Positions 18,354 to 28,343 of a DNA stretch of 64,000 nucleotides are shown here, piece by piece. The number at the start of each line of letters is the position of its first letter. Within the stretch, counting starts at the first letter, position 1. Source of the DNA: an uncultured Undibacter sp. (lineage in GTDB: Bacteria; Pseudomonadota; Alphaproteobacteria; Rhizobiales; Xanthobacteraceae); assembly GCA_964372105.1 (NCBI GenBank), contig CAYJPU010000002.1, forward strand, positions 3,037 through 67,036, written 5' to 3'. The notes under the pieces were generated by a model. It searched no databases and was not told the DNA's origin. It saw only the letters and a program-made list of their open reading frames with translations. The position numbers and the translations under genes are program-made.

Positions 18354-19670
18354 ATGTCTCCGACGGAACATCACGTGACCCTCAGAGACTGCACGGGGAG
18401 CGCAACGGTGCCGTTGTCCGCCCAAATTCGTCATTGGGCCGGGATGTTTCTCACCAAGCGGCGCGGGCAACTCGGGTTGGGCCTGTTGTTGGCGGTCGCG
18501 TTTCCGGCGCTGGTCAGGTGGCCGGACATAAATCTCAGCATCAATCCGCCCAGTCTGAGCAATACGGTCGCCGCATCGTTTGTCGCGCTCGCCCTAGGCT
18601 ACATCATCACCCGCAAGCTCGCGACCGTGCCCGGCATGCAGGTCTTTGCGTTTATCCTCCCGGTCTTTTCCGTCTCGTATGGTCTGATCGCCGTTTTGCT
18701 GCTGGTGACGCGCCAGGACTATTCGCGCTTTCAATTGCTGGCGAGCTTCGTCATCGCCGTTGCCTTCTTCTACGTCGTGTTCCTGGTCGAGCGGAACGTG
18801 AAGCGCCTGCGTCTGGCGGCGATCCGCGGCGGTCACGTCGCCGAGCTGATGCAATGCGATCTGGTCGACTGGTTCGTCTGGACCTCGCAAGACGAGCTTC
18901 CGCAGGCCTATGACGGCATTGTCGCCGACCTGCGCGCTGATATCGGCCCCGGCTGGGAGTCGTTCTTGTCGCGCTGCGCGCTCAACGGCATTCCGGTCTA
19001 TCATTCCAAGCAGGTGCAGGAATCACTCACCGGCCGCGTCGCCATCGAGCATCTGTCCGAGAACACGCTCGGTTCGCTCAACCCGTCCTCGCTTTACACC
19101 CAGATCAAGCTCGTCATCGACGTGCTGTCGGCGATCATCTTTTTGCCGTTCGTCGCGCTGATCTGCGCGGTGGCGGCCGTCTTCATCAAGCTCGACAGTC
19201 CGGGGCCGGTGATCTTCACGCAGCCGCGCGTCGGCTACCGTGGCCGCATCTTTCAGGTCTACAAGCTCCGCACGATGCTGATGAACGCGGAGGGCGAGCA
19301 CTACACTGAGGAGAAGGACCCGCGCATCACGCGTGTCGGTGCGTTCCTGCGCCGCTATCGTATCGACGAGCTGCCGCAGATCCTCAACATCCTCCAAGGC
19401 GAGATGAGCTGGATCGGGCCGCGTCCGGAATCGCTACCTCTGGCCGAATGGTACGAGCGCGAGCTCGCCTTCTACAGCTACCGCCACATCGTGCGGCCAG
19501 GCATTGCCGGGTGGGCGCAAGTGCAGCAAGGCAATGTCGCGCGACCGGAGCTTGTGCGTTACAAGCTGCATTTTGACTTTTATTACATCAAGAACTTCTC
19601 GCCCTGGCTCGACGTCGTTATCGCGTTGATGGCGGTCCGCACGATCCTCACTGGCCACGGCGTGCGTTAG
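18354..19670 (+). CDS. Priming sugar transferase (undecaprenyl-phosphate glycophosphotransferase)
   Basis: IKLDSPGPVIFTQPRVG, KLRTM, DPRITRVG.FLRRYRIDELPQ, GEMSWIGPRPE and RPGIAGWAQ. Confidence 0.93.
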   Translation: MSPTEHHVTLRDCTGSATVPLSAQIRHWAGMFLTKRRGQLGLGLLLAVAFPALVRWPDINLSINPPSLSNTVAASFVALALGYIITRKLATVPGMQVFAFILPVFSVSYGLIAVLLLVTRQDYSRFQLLASFVIAVAFFYVVFLVERNVKRLRLAAIRGGHVAELMQCDLVDWFVWTSQDELPQAYDGIVADLRADIGPGWESFLSRCALNGIPVYHSKQVQESLTGRVAIEHLSENTLGSLNPSSLYTQIKLVIDVLSAIIFLPFVALICAVAAVFIKLDSPGPVIFTQPRVGYRGRIFQVYKLRTMLMNAEGEHYTEEKDPRITRVGAFLRRYRIDELPQILNILQGEMSWIGPRPESLPLAEWYERELAFYSYRHIVRPGIAGWAQVQQGNVARPELVRYKLHFDFYYIKNFSPWLDVVIALMAVRTILTGHGVR

Positions 19671-19681
19671 CGGCGCGCCGA

Positions 19682-20773
19682 ATGACGCGCGACTTCGCCG
19701 TTCTCGCACTGGTGACTGACGCTTACGGCGGACAGGGAGGCATTGCGCAATACAACCGCGATCTGTTCGGCGCTCTGGCCGATACGGGGGCGGTGTCCTC
19801 GATCGTGGTGATGCCGCGCTACGCCGCCGGAAACGTTTCGACGCCGGTGCGCGTCCGGCAGGTGCTGCCGCGTCGTGGCCGCGTTCTTTATGCGGCGGCG
19901 GCGCTCCGTCAGGCGCTGTCGAACCAGGTGGACGCCGTGTTCTGCGGCCATCTGTTCATGGCGCCTTTGGCGTCGCTGATCGCGCGGCTCAAGCGCGCCA
20001 AGCTGATCGTGCAGTTGCATGGCATCGAGGCCTGGCCGCGGCCCGGCGCGCCGACGCGTAACGCGATTGAGACGGCCGATCTGGTCCTGTGCGTGTCGCG
20101 CTACACCCGTGCGCAGGTGCTGAGCTGGGCTGCGATCGCGCCCGAGCGGGCGATTGTTCTGCCGAACACGGTCGGCGCTGACTTCACGCCGGGTGACGGC
20201 GCGGCACTTCGGACCATGTGGGGTCTGGAAGACAAACGCGTCCTGTTGAGCGTGGGCCGAATGTCCGCGTGCGAGCGTTATAAGGGTCATGACCGCGTCA
20301 TCAGCGCCATTCCGCATCTCGTGCAGGCCGGCCAGGACGTCGTCTACGTCACCGCCGGCGAGGGCGACGACCGCGCGCGCTTGCAAGCACTGGCACAACA
20401 TGAGGGCGTTGCCGATCGCGTACGCTTCGTGGGCGCGCTCGACGCTGCGACGCTGGTCGAGGCCTACCGCATGGCCGATCTTTTCGTCATGCCGTCGACC
20501 GGCGAGGGCTTCGGCATTGCCTTCCTGGAGGCCATGGCCTGCGGCACGCCGGCGCTCGGCCTCGATGCCGCCGGTGCGCGCGACGCGCTGGCGGACGGAG
20601 AGTTGGGCACGCTGACATCGGAGGCGCAGTTGACCGAGGTGCTCGCCCGCCTGCTCGCCCAAGGCAAGCCGGACGCCCGCGCTTTGTCGGCGGCGGTCGC
20701 GCGCCGCTTCGGGCGCGCGCCGTTTGTCGCGCGCGTCTGCGCGGTCTTCGCCGGGCTACGGAACGCCGAATGA
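19682..20773 (+). CDS. Glycosyltransferase family 4
   Basis: GGIAQY, LSVGR, YKGHD, PSTGEGFGIAFLEAMACG. Confidence 0.9.
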   Translation: MTRDFAVLALVTDAYGGQGGIAQYNRDLFGALADTGAVSSIVVMPRYAAGNVSTPVRVRQVLPRRGRVLYAAAALRQALSNQVDAVFCGHLFMAPLASLIARLKRAKLIVQLHGIEAWPRPGAPTRNAIETADLVLCVSRYTRAQVLSWAAIAPERAIVLPNTVGADFTPGDGAALRTMWGLEDKRVLLSVGRMSACERYKGHDRVISAIPHLVQAGQDVVYVTAGEGDDRARLQALAQHEGVADRVRFVGALDAATLVEAYRMADLFVMPSTGEGFGIAFLEAMACGTPALGLDAAGARDALADGELGTLTSEAQLTEVLARLLAQGKPDARALSAAVARRFGRAPFVARVCAVFAGLRNAE

Positions 20774-21615
20774 CGCAGCACGAGACGCCGATGGAACGCG
20801 TGCTGGTGCTCGAGGCCGGACGCGCGGAGCGGCACTACTGGCGCGACCTGTGGGCCTATCGCGAGCTGTTTGCCATCCTCGCCTGGCGCGACCTCGCGGT
20901 GCGCTACAAGCAGACCGTCATCGGCGTCGCCTGGGCGATCATCCGGCCGCTGCTGACGATGGTGATCTTCACGATCGTGTTCGGCCGTCTCGCCGGGCTG
21001 CCCACCGTGGGCTCCACGCCTTATCCAGTTCTTGTCTTCGCCGGCATGCTGCCGTGGTTCTTGTTTTCCAGCATTCTGAGCGACGCCTCGAACAGCATCG
21101 TCGGCAATGCCGGGCTGATCGAAAAAGTATATTTCCCGCGCATCATCATTCCGGCGGCGGCAGGCGTCGTCGCGCTCGCCGATTTCGGCATCAACCTGGT
21201 CCTGATGTCCGCCCTGATGGCCTGGTACGGCTTCGCGCCCGACTGGCATGTCGTGCTGCTGCCGGCCTTCGTCGTCCTGGCGGTGCTGGCGGCGCTGGGG
21301 CCGGCACTCATCGTCACCGCGCTGAACGTGAAGTATCGCGACTTCCGCTACATCATTCCGTTCCTGGTGCAGTTCGGCCTCTACGTGTCGCCGGTCGGCT
21401 TTGCCAGCGCGGTGGTGCCCGCGGAGTGGCGCTTCTGGTACAGCCTCAATCCGCTTGTCGGCGTGATCGACGGCTTCCGCTGGTGTCTGCTTGGCGGCGA
21501 GAGCCCGCTCTACGTGCCGGGCTTCCTGCTCAGCCTGGTGGTGGTGGCGGTTTTCTTGGGGCTCGGCGTCAGGCAATTCCGCCGCACCGAAAAAACCTTT
21601 GCCGACCTGATCTGA
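20770..21615 (+). CDS. wzm: ABC transporter permease, polysaccharide export
   Basis: RDLAVRYKQTVIG..W, KVYFPR, YRDFRY and LNPL..VIDGFR motifs. Confidence 0.92.
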   Translation: MTQHETPMERVLVLEAGRAERHYWRDLWAYRELFAILAWRDLAVRYKQTVIGVAWAIIRPLLTMVIFTIVFGRLAGLPTVGSTPYPVLVFAGMLPWFLFSSILSDASNSIVGNAGLIEKVYFPRIIIPAAAGVVALADFGINLVLMSALMAWYGFAPDWHVVLLPAFVVLAVLAALGPALIVTALNVKYRDFRYIIPFLVQFGLYVSPVGFASAVVPAEWRFWYSLNPLVGVIDGFRWCLLGGESPLYVPGFLLSLVVVAVFLGLGVRQFRRTEKTFADLI

Positions 21616-22961
21616 TGGGCAACGACACCGTCATTCGGGTCGAAGGGCTCGGCAAGAAATACGTCATCGGCCATGAGACCCGGCGCATGGGCGACGGCAC
21701 GCTGCGCGACGCGATCGTGGCCATGGGGAAGAGTTTTGCGCGCACGGTGAAGGAAACCGTGGGCGGCCGTGCGCTGGTGGCGGGCGACACGACCGAGGAG
21801 TTCTGGGCGCTCAAGGACGTGAGCTTCGAGGTCAAGCGCGGCGAGGTGCTCGGCGTCATCGGACGCAACGGCGCCGGCAAGTCCACGCTGCTCAAGATAT
21901 TGTCGCGCATCACCGACCCGAGCGAGGGCCGCGTCACAATTCGCGGTCGTGTGGCGAGCCTGCTCGAGGTCGGCACCGGCTTCCACCCGGAGCTTACCGG
22001 CCGCGAGAACATCTTCTTGAACGGCGCCATCCTCGGCATGTCGCGCGAGGAGATCCGCTGCAAGTTCGACGAGATCGTCGCGTTCTCCGGGGTGGAGCGT
22101 TTCATCGACACGCCGGTGAAGCGCTATTCGAGCGGCATGTACGTGCGGCTGGCCTTCGCCGTCGCCGCGCACCAGGAGCCGGAGATCCTGATCGTCGACG
22201 AAGTGCTGGCGGTGGGCGATCTCGAGTTTCAGAAGAAATGTCTGGGTAAGATGTCGGAGGTGGCGACCGGCGGCCGGACGGTGCTCTTCGTGAGCCATAA
22301 TTTGGACGCGCTGCGGCGCACCTGCGAATCCGGCCTGCTGCTGTCCGACGGCCGGGTCAGGACGGCCGGCGCGCTGGCCGGCTGCATCGAACAATATATT
22401 GGCATCGTCGACGGTGTAGCCACGCCGCACCGCATGGTGTTCCCCCCGTTACCCGACGACGGCTATCGCATCATCGATATCGAGATGCTCGACGAACGGC
22501 TGCGGCCAATCGCGTGTCCGGCCACCTGGCAGCCGGTGGTGTTCGCCATTCGTTTCTTCGCGCCCGAGCAGGTAGCGAACGGCGCGGTTACGTTCCAGGT
22601 ATCGACGATCGACGGGCTCTTGGTGACCTTCTGTTCGACCAAGCCCGATCAGAACCTGGACGTTAATTTCGACACCGGCCTGAACACCGTTTATCTCAAG
22701 TTTGACTCGCTCGCGTTGTCGGCGGGTACCTATGTGGTGGGTGCCGGGCTTGCGATCGCCAACACCAAATGGCTGTACAACGAGCCGCACGGTGCGCTGA
22801 TGGAGGTGTCCTCGCGCAACGTCTACAATGCCCACTATTCGCCGATGCTGAGCCGCTATCCGGTGCCGATGCGGTGCCGATGGGAGACCGGCAAGAAAAC
22901 GACCGCGAGAAGCGCCGAAGATCGCTTGCCGAAAAAGCTGCCGGAAGCCGGTGAAGTATAA
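21615..22961 (+). CDS. wzt: ABC transporter ATP-binding protein with C-terminal Wzt_C-like domain
   Basis: ATG 21615 (MGNDTVIRVEGLGKKY); GRNGAGKST, YSSGM..RLAF, DEVLAVGD, VSH; about 170-aa C-terminal extension. Confidence 0.92.
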   Translation: MGNDTVIRVEGLGKKYVIGHETRRMGDGTLRDAIVAMGKSFARTVKETVGGRALVAGDTTEEFWALKDVSFEVKRGEVLGVIGRNGAGKSTLLKILSRITDPSEGRVTIRGRVASLLEVGTGFHPELTGRENIFLNGAILGMSREEIRCKFDEIVAFSGVERFIDTPVKRYSSGMYVRLAFAVAAHQEPEILIVDEVLAVGDLEFQKKCLGKMSEVATGGRTVLFVSHNLDALRRTCESGLLLSDGRVRTAGALAGCIEQYIGIVDGVATPHRMVFPPLPDDGYRIIDIEMLDERLRPIACPATWQPVVFAIRFFAPEQVANGAVTFQVSTIDGLLVTFCSTKPDQNLDVNFDTGLNTVYLKFDSLALSAGTYVVGAGLAIANTKWLYNEPHGALMEVSSRNVYNAHYSPMLSRYPVPMRCRWETGKKTTARSAEDRLPKKLPEAGEV

Positions 22962-22967
22962 AGTCCG

Positions 22968-23786
22968 ATGCCAACGACCTTGAATCGCCTGGCCCGCTGG
23001 CTGAAGCGCCCGGGCGCGCCTGAAAAAGCAGAGGGCAAGCCGCTCACCGATCCGCAAGCAACGGCCATCGTGCGAGCCTTGATGAATCTGCGCGAAGCCG
23101 TGAAGGCCGGCGCGAATGACGAATATTTGTTTCTCGATTATTGCCGCCAGAACGCTTCGCTGTCCAAGGCTCAAATATTCCAGGACCTGTTTGTTCTCTT
23201 TCAGACGAAGGAGAAACGTTCTGGATTCTTCGTCGAGTTCGGCGCCGGTAACGGCATCGACCTGAGCAACACGCATCTGCTGGAAAAACAGTTCGGATGG
23301 TCCGGCATTCTGGCCGAGCCGGCTGAGAGCTGGCACGAGGCGTTGCGGAACGCGCGTGGCTGCGCGGTCGATGTCAGATGCGTGTGGAACACGAGCGGCG
23401 AGCGCGTCGACTTCAACGAAGTCGATCAGCCGGAATTTTCGACCATTGCGCAATATTCGGACACCGACGTGTATTCCAAAGTTCGCGAGAACGGGCGTCG
23501 CTATCTGGTCGAGACGGTGACGCTTGCCGACCTGCTGGCGCAACACAACGCGCCGCGCCGCATCGACTACCTGTCGGTCGACACCGAAGGCTCGGAGCTG
23601 GCAATTCTGCAAGCCTTCGATTTCCGGCGCTACGATGTCCGCCTGATAACCGTCGAACACAACCACAGGCCGGAGCGCGACGATATCCATCGCTTGCTGC
23701 AGGCAAACGGCTTTGTCCGTAAGTTCGAGGGCGCCTCGCTGGTCGACGACTGGTACGTCAAGCCGGATATGGCCGAATCGCCGTGA
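22968..23786 (+). CDS. FkbM family methyltransferase
   Basis: QIFQD, FFVEFGAGNG..LSNT, GILAEP, IDYLSVDTEGSE. Confidence 0.88.
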   Translation: MPTTLNRLARWLKRPGAPEKAEGKPLTDPQATAIVRALMNLREAVKAGANDEYLFLDYCRQNASLSKAQIFQDLFVLFQTKEKRSGFFVEFGAGNGIDLSNTHLLEKQFGWSGILAEPAESWHEALRNARGCAVDVRCVWNTSGERVDFNEVDQPEFSTIAQYSDTDVYSKVRENGRRYLVETVTLADLLAQHNAPRRIDYLSVDTEGSELAILQAFDFRRYDVRLITVEHNHRPERDDIHRLLQANGFVRKFEGASLVDDWYVKPDMAESP

Positions 23787-24952
23787 CGGTCGACGCCGCC
23801 ATCCTGCGCTGCCCGATCACCGGCGGCGCGCTAGACTTCGTCAAGGATGACCGGCTGCCGCAGATGTGCGTCGATATCGCGGCGAAATTATTGACACATC
23901 TCGACGGCTCTCCGGTCGGCGACGTGTTTGATGGATTTCTGCAGACGGCGGACGGCCGTATCAGCTATCCGATGCGCGGGGGCGTCCTGATCCTGTTGTC
24001 GGACTTCGCCATTCTGACGGAAGGCGACCGGCAGGCTCACGCCGCCTGTCTGACGGCGTCGTCGACGCGCGCGGTCATGGACTTCTATGATGAAATAGGG
24101 TGGAAAAAAACGGCCAGCGGCGCGTTTCACGACGCCGACATCAATGAAGACTTTCGCGCCGGCAGCCGCCGCTACATCCGCGACTGTCATCTGCGGGTGA
24201 ATGTCCATCTGCCGCCGCGCGGGAGATATATTCTTGATATTGCGTCGGGGCCGATTCAATACGACGAATACCTCACCTATTCCGAAAATTTCGACAGGCG
24301 CATCTGCTGCGACGTCTCCTTTGTGGCGCTGCGCGCGGCCGCCGGTCGGATCGGGGCCAAGGGTATCTTCATTCAATGCGACATCACCAACATCCCGCTG
24401 CGGGATGAAGCCGTGGACGCCTTCGTCTGTCTTCATACGATCTATCACGTGCCGGCCGAACGGCAGCTAGCCGCCTTTCGTGAATTGGAACGCGTGACGC
24501 GAAGAGGCGGATCCGGCGTTGTCGTTTACGCCTGGGACAACGATTTGTGGGGAGCGAACCTGACGTCGCCGTGGCGCGCCATCACCATGATGCTGCGCCG
24601 TCTGCACTCGGCGTTGCGTCCCTTCGTGCCGGATGCGTTGTTGCGGTGGCGGCAGCGCAACACTGGCCAGTCGGTGCAGGGCGGCGTTGCGCCCGCTGCC
24701 GCCATACAGTCAGCCTCGCAACATTGTTATTATGCTCATAGCTACCGGTGGTACGAAGACAATGTCGCGGCGTCCGGGCGCTGGTCGTTGCATTCATGGC
24801 GGAGCGTCGGCCTGACGACCCTCAAGCGTCGAATCCCGAATAACGCGTTTGGCGAGGTTCTGTTGGCGGTTCTGTACCGGCTTGAAAGCCAGTTCCCGCG
24901 GATTTTGGGCCGGTTCGGGGCGTTTCCAATGATTGTTCTGCGGAGGCCGTAA
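23783..24952 (+). CDS. Class I SAM-dependent methyltransferase with Trm112-like N-terminus
   Basis: LRCPITGGAL...YPMRGGV N-terminus; ILDIASGP, CDVS, DITNIPL, ELERV. Confidence 0.8.
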   Translation: MTVDAAILRCPITGGALDFVKDDRLPQMCVDIAAKLLTHLDGSPVGDVFDGFLQTADGRISYPMRGGVLILLSDFAILTEGDRQAHAACLTASSTRAVMDFYDEIGWKKTASGAFHDADINEDFRAGSRRYIRDCHLRVNVHLPPRGRYILDIASGPIQYDEYLTYSENFDRRICCDVSFVALRAAAGRIGAKGIFIQCDITNIPLRDEAVDAFVCLHTIYHVPAERQLAAFRELERVTRRGGSGVVVYAWDNDLWGANLTSPWRAITMMLRRLHSALRPFVPDALLRWRQRNTGQSVQGGVAPAAAIQSASQHCYYAHSYRWYEDNVAASGRWSLHSWRSVGLTTLKRRIPNNAFGEVLLAVLYRLESQFPRILGRFGAFPMIVLRRP

Positions 24953-24953
24953 G

Positions 24954-25742
24954 ATGCGCTTGATAAAGCGGGCTGTCACAACGGCTAGGTCCGCCACGCG
25001 AGAGGCGCAATTTCATCTGTCGCGCTTCGTCTTGCCGGTCTTCGGAAAGAACATTTTATCGTGCCCCGTATGCGGCGGGAAATTCCGGACGATGAAGCCG
25101 TTTTCCGGAACATACAGCCTGCGCGGCGTTCCGGTCGATCACTACACCGAAAATTCCATCTGCCCGCGCTGCCACAGCCTGATGCGACACCGGTTTATGG
25201 TGGCGTACATGCGTCAGACTACCGATGTTTTGAACGGGCCGAGGCGTGTGCTGCACTTTGCACCGGAGCCGGGCATCGCCGCGCTGCTCCGCAAAATGGG
25301 CGCCGATTATGTTGCCGCGGATATCGATCCGAGCCTGTTTGCCGGCGCAATACTCGCCGACATCACGGATATCCCCTTTCCCGCGAACGACTTCGACGTG
25401 ACGATATGCATGCAGGTGCTCAATGTCATTGCCGACGATCGAAAGGCTATCCGCGAACTGCACAGAATTCTAAGGCCGGGCGGCCACGCCTTTATCACCG
25501 TGCCGATCTACGGTGAGACGACCGATGAGGACTTGACGCTCGATGCGGCGGCGCGGCTGTCCCGGTACGGACTAAGCCAGCACTGCCGCATGTACGGCCT
25601 TGATTTTGCCGACAAGCTGCGGGCTGAAGGTTTCGGCGTCAGGGTGGTGACTTTGGACGACGTCAAAGGAAATTACTTCGATCGTTCAGTGCGCTCGCCT
25701 CACATCGAAAGCGACTACTATCTCTTCGATTGCACCAAGTGA
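24954..25742 (+). CDS. Class I SAM-dependent methyltransferase with N-terminal CxxC-CxxC
   Basis: CPVCG, CPRCHSL.RHR, VLHFAPE, DITDIPF, ELHRILRPGG. Confidence 0.85.
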   Translation: MRLIKRAVTTARSATREAQFHLSRFVLPVFGKNILSCPVCGGKFRTMKPFSGTYSLRGVPVDHYTENSICPRCHSLMRHRFMVAYMRQTTDVLNGPRRVLHFAPEPGIAALLRKMGADYVAADIDPSLFAGAILADITDIPFPANDFDVTICMQVLNVIADDRKAIRELHRILRPGGHAFITVPIYGETTDEDLTLDAAARLSRYGLSQHCRMYGLDFADKLRAEGFGVRVVTLDDVKGNYFDRSVRSPHIESDYYLFDCTK

Positions 25743-25782
25743 GTTGTTGACGCTGCTGCAATAGGCGTTTTGCCAGCCAATC

Positions 25783-26775
25783 ATGCGCTGCCCCACGATT
25801 GAGCAACTACCGGAGCCGCCGGCCGGAAAAACCGGTTGGCCGTGGACGGTTGCGAGCGCGCCCGCGCCTGCGCTTCAGCCGGGCGGCGCGGCCTGGCCGC
25901 GTGTCTCGATCGTCACGCCCAGTTACAATCAAGGCCGGTATTTGGAGGAGACGATCCGCTCGGTCCTCCTGCAAGGTTATCCCGATCTCGACTACATCGT
26001 TGTTGACGGCGGCAGCACTGACGAGACGCTTGGTGTCATCCGTAAATATGAAGCGTGGCTCACCTCATGGGTGAGCGAGAAGGATCGCGGCCAGGCCGAT
26101 GCCATCAACAAGGGGCTGGCGCGCTGCACCGGCGATGTCTTCCAGTTCGTGAATTCGGATGACGTCCTGGACGAAGGCGCGGTGCAGGCCGTGGCGGCGC
26201 TGATGGCAGGCGTAGACTGCGTTTCGGGCCCGGTGGTGGAGTTCGAGGAGAACGGGCCCAGCCGTGTCAGCTATGCCAGCACCGGGCTCACCGCCGTCAA
26301 CTTTATCACCCAGCCGCCGGCGTATTTCTATCACCAGCCGGGCGTATGGGTTCGGCGTGAGCTGGCGGTTGCGATCGGTGGCTTCGACGCCGAACTGCAC
26401 TACAAGTTCGATTGGGAGTTCATGCTCCGATATCTCGACCGTTATCCCAATGTCGCCTATACCGACCGCAATCTCGGCTTTTCCCGGTTGCACGTGGCCG
26501 CCAAGACGATGTCGCAGGCCGCCGGGTTTTCCGCCGAGAGTTGGCTCGCGCGCGAGCGCGCGCTCGATCGCCTTGCACCCGGCGAAGCGAAGACACTCCT
26601 TTCCGAAACCGTCGGCCGCATGCGCTGGCGCCGGCGGCTCGACGACGCGCTGGCGGGCAAACCGACGGCAGGCGCCACCCTCCGGCTGGCGCTGGCTGCG
26701 CTGGCGAGTCCAACCACGCGGATCGACCGCTATTTCCTCGGCACGTTGCGCAAATTGTGGTTGGCGCCACGGTGA
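25783..26775 (+). CDS. Glycosyltransferase family 2
   Basis: VSIVTPSYNQG, VVDGGSTD, DRGQADAINKG, NSDD. Confidence 0.92.
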   Translation: MRCPTIEQLPEPPAGKTGWPWTVASAPAPALQPGGAAWPRVSIVTPSYNQGRYLEETIRSVLLQGYPDLDYIVVDGGSTDETLGVIRKYEAWLTSWVSEKDRGQADAINKGLARCTGDVFQFVNSDDVLDEGAVQAVAALMAGVDCVSGPVVEFEENGPSRVSYASTGLTAVNFITQPPAYFYHQPGVWVRRELAVAIGGFDAELHYKFDWEFMLRYLDRYPNVAYTDRNLGFSRLHVAAKTMSQAAGFSAESWLARERALDRLAPGEAKTLLSETVGRMRWRRRLDDALAGKPTAGATLRLALAALASPTTRIDRYFLGTLRKLWLAPR

Positions 26776-27644
26776 AGCCGATGGCGCGCCTCACGTCTCG
26801 TTTGCCGTGGCGGGGGCCGCGCTCTGAAGCGGGCGACAGCCTGCTGGCGGCTCTTGCCGCGGGTGAAACGATTGCCGCGCCGGTGGTGGTGGTCTTGGCG
26901 CATCCGGATGACGAGACGATCGGGATGGGCAGCCGCCTCGCCAACCTGACGAATCTGACGCTGGTCTACGCGACTGACGGCGCCCCGCCGGACATGGTGC
27001 AGGCGCGATCGATCGGCTTCGACAGCGCCGAAGTCTATTCCCGCGCGCGCTTCGACGAACTGGCGAAGGCGCTTCGTGTGCTGGGGACAAAGCCCGTTCG
27101 CCAAATGGCGTTGGGATTTTCGGATGGCCACACGATCTTTCATGTGGCCTCGCTGGTCGACAAGATCAAATCGATCATTGCCGGCTGTGCGGCTGTTTTG
27201 ACCCATGCTTACGAGGGGGGCCATCCGGATCACGACGCCTGCGCTCTGGCGGTGCAAGTCGCCTGTGCGCGCATGGCCGCGGCCGGTCGATTGGCCCCGC
27301 TGCGTCTCGAATTTGCCGGCTATTATGGCCACGCCGGCCGATTGACGGCGAACAGTTTCTGGCCGGATGCCAACAACGAGGCGCGCGTCGTGCCTTTGTC
27401 GTGGCGTGAGCGGCGCCGCAAGGCCAATGCCATGCGCGAATTCCGAACGCAGTCTTTCATTCTGCGGGCGTTTCCGCCGCGGTTGGAATCCTACCGTGAC
27501 GCTCCGCAGTATGACTTCTTTGCCGCGCCGCCGCCGGGCGAATGGTTTTACGATCGCAACGACTGGCCGGTGACGGGCCGGCTATGGCTCGATCAGGTCG
27601 CACAGAACCGCCACCTTCTCGGTAGTGGTGCAGGGGCTTCCTGA
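26772..27644 (+). CDS. PIG-L family deacetylase
   Basis: LAHPDDE, ATDG, HAYEGGHPDHD. Start GTG 26772 or ATG 26781, in the track frame 26412. Confidence 0.88.
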   Translation: MKPMARLTSRLPWRGPRSEAGDSLLAALAAGETIAAPVVVVLAHPDDETIGMGSRLANLTNLTLVYATDGAPPDMVQARSIGFDSAEVYSRARFDELAKALRVLGTKPVRQMALGFSDGHTIFHVASLVDKIKSIIAGCAAVLTHAYEGGHPDHDACALAVQVACARMAAAGRLAPLRLEFAGYYGHAGRLTANSFWPDANNEARVVPLSWRERRRKANAMREFRTQSFILRAFPPRLESYRDAPQYDFFAAPPPGEWFYDRNDWPVTGRLWLDQVAQNRHLLGSGAGAS

Positions 27645-28275
27645 GGTGGCCGGCGCGATCGTCTCTCGAGTATATCGCGTGGCGCCGCCGCCCGTGCGGC
27701 GGTGGTGGGATGCCTACCAGAACGATCTACGGATCAGCCGGTCGCCGGATCGGGCAGTGCTGCGAACCTCCATCTTCCCGGCCGTTACGGATTTGATCGC
27801 GGGCAGGGACGGCGCAGAGGTTTTGTGGATTGGCTGCGCCAGGTACACCAAAGATTACTACCGCGTTCTGGAGAGCCGGGGGGCCCAATGCTGGACGATG
27901 GACATCGATCCGAAAGTCCGGTGCTGGGGCCGGCATGGACGTCATCTGACCGGCGATCTCGGTTCAGCGGCGAAGCTGTTCGGCAACCGGCAGTTCGACG
28001 TCGTTTATTGTAACGGCATCTTTGGCTTCGGCCTCGACAGCCGGGAGGCGCAAGTCGAGGCGGTCGCTGCCATGGCGGCCGTCACCAGCCCGGACGGCTG
28101 GATGCTGCTGGGCTGGAATACAAACAAGGTGCCGGATCCGATGGAGACCGGGATGCTCACGCCTTGGTTCGAGCCGGCGGAGTTGCCCGGCTTCGGCACG
28201 CGAAAGTTCGTCGTTGGGTGCACCCACGTCTATGATTTTCTCAAACGCCGCCGGGACGATGCGCGTCCGCTCTAA
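27625..28275 (+). CDS. SAM-dependent methyltransferase-like protein
   Basis: VLWIGC, DIDP, FDVVYCNGIFGFG, PDGWMLLGWN. Confidence 0.7.
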   Translation: MVQGLPEVAGAIVSRVYRVAPPPVRRWWDAYQNDLRISRSPDRAVLRTSIFPAVTDLIAGRDGAEVLWIGCARYTKDYYRVLESRGAQCWTMDIDPKVRCWGRHGRHLTGDLGSAAKLFGNRQFDVVYCNGIFGFGLDSREAQVEAVAAMAAVTSPDGWMLLGWNTNKVPDPMETGMLTPWFEPAELPGFGTRKFVVGCTHVYDFLKRRRDDARPL

Positions 28276-28343
28276 AATGGCGAACCGACCGGCGGCCAGC
28301 GGGCTTTTACGGCAGCCCATCCGATGGCTGTATTGATATTGCG

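Noticed and set aside
20724-21614. N-terminal 297-aa extension of Wzt in the track (likewise extensions at 26412, 32025, 38380, 50172, 59217)
   Set aside because: Arg/Ala-rich off-frame read-through overlapping real upstream genes; true starts are downstream.
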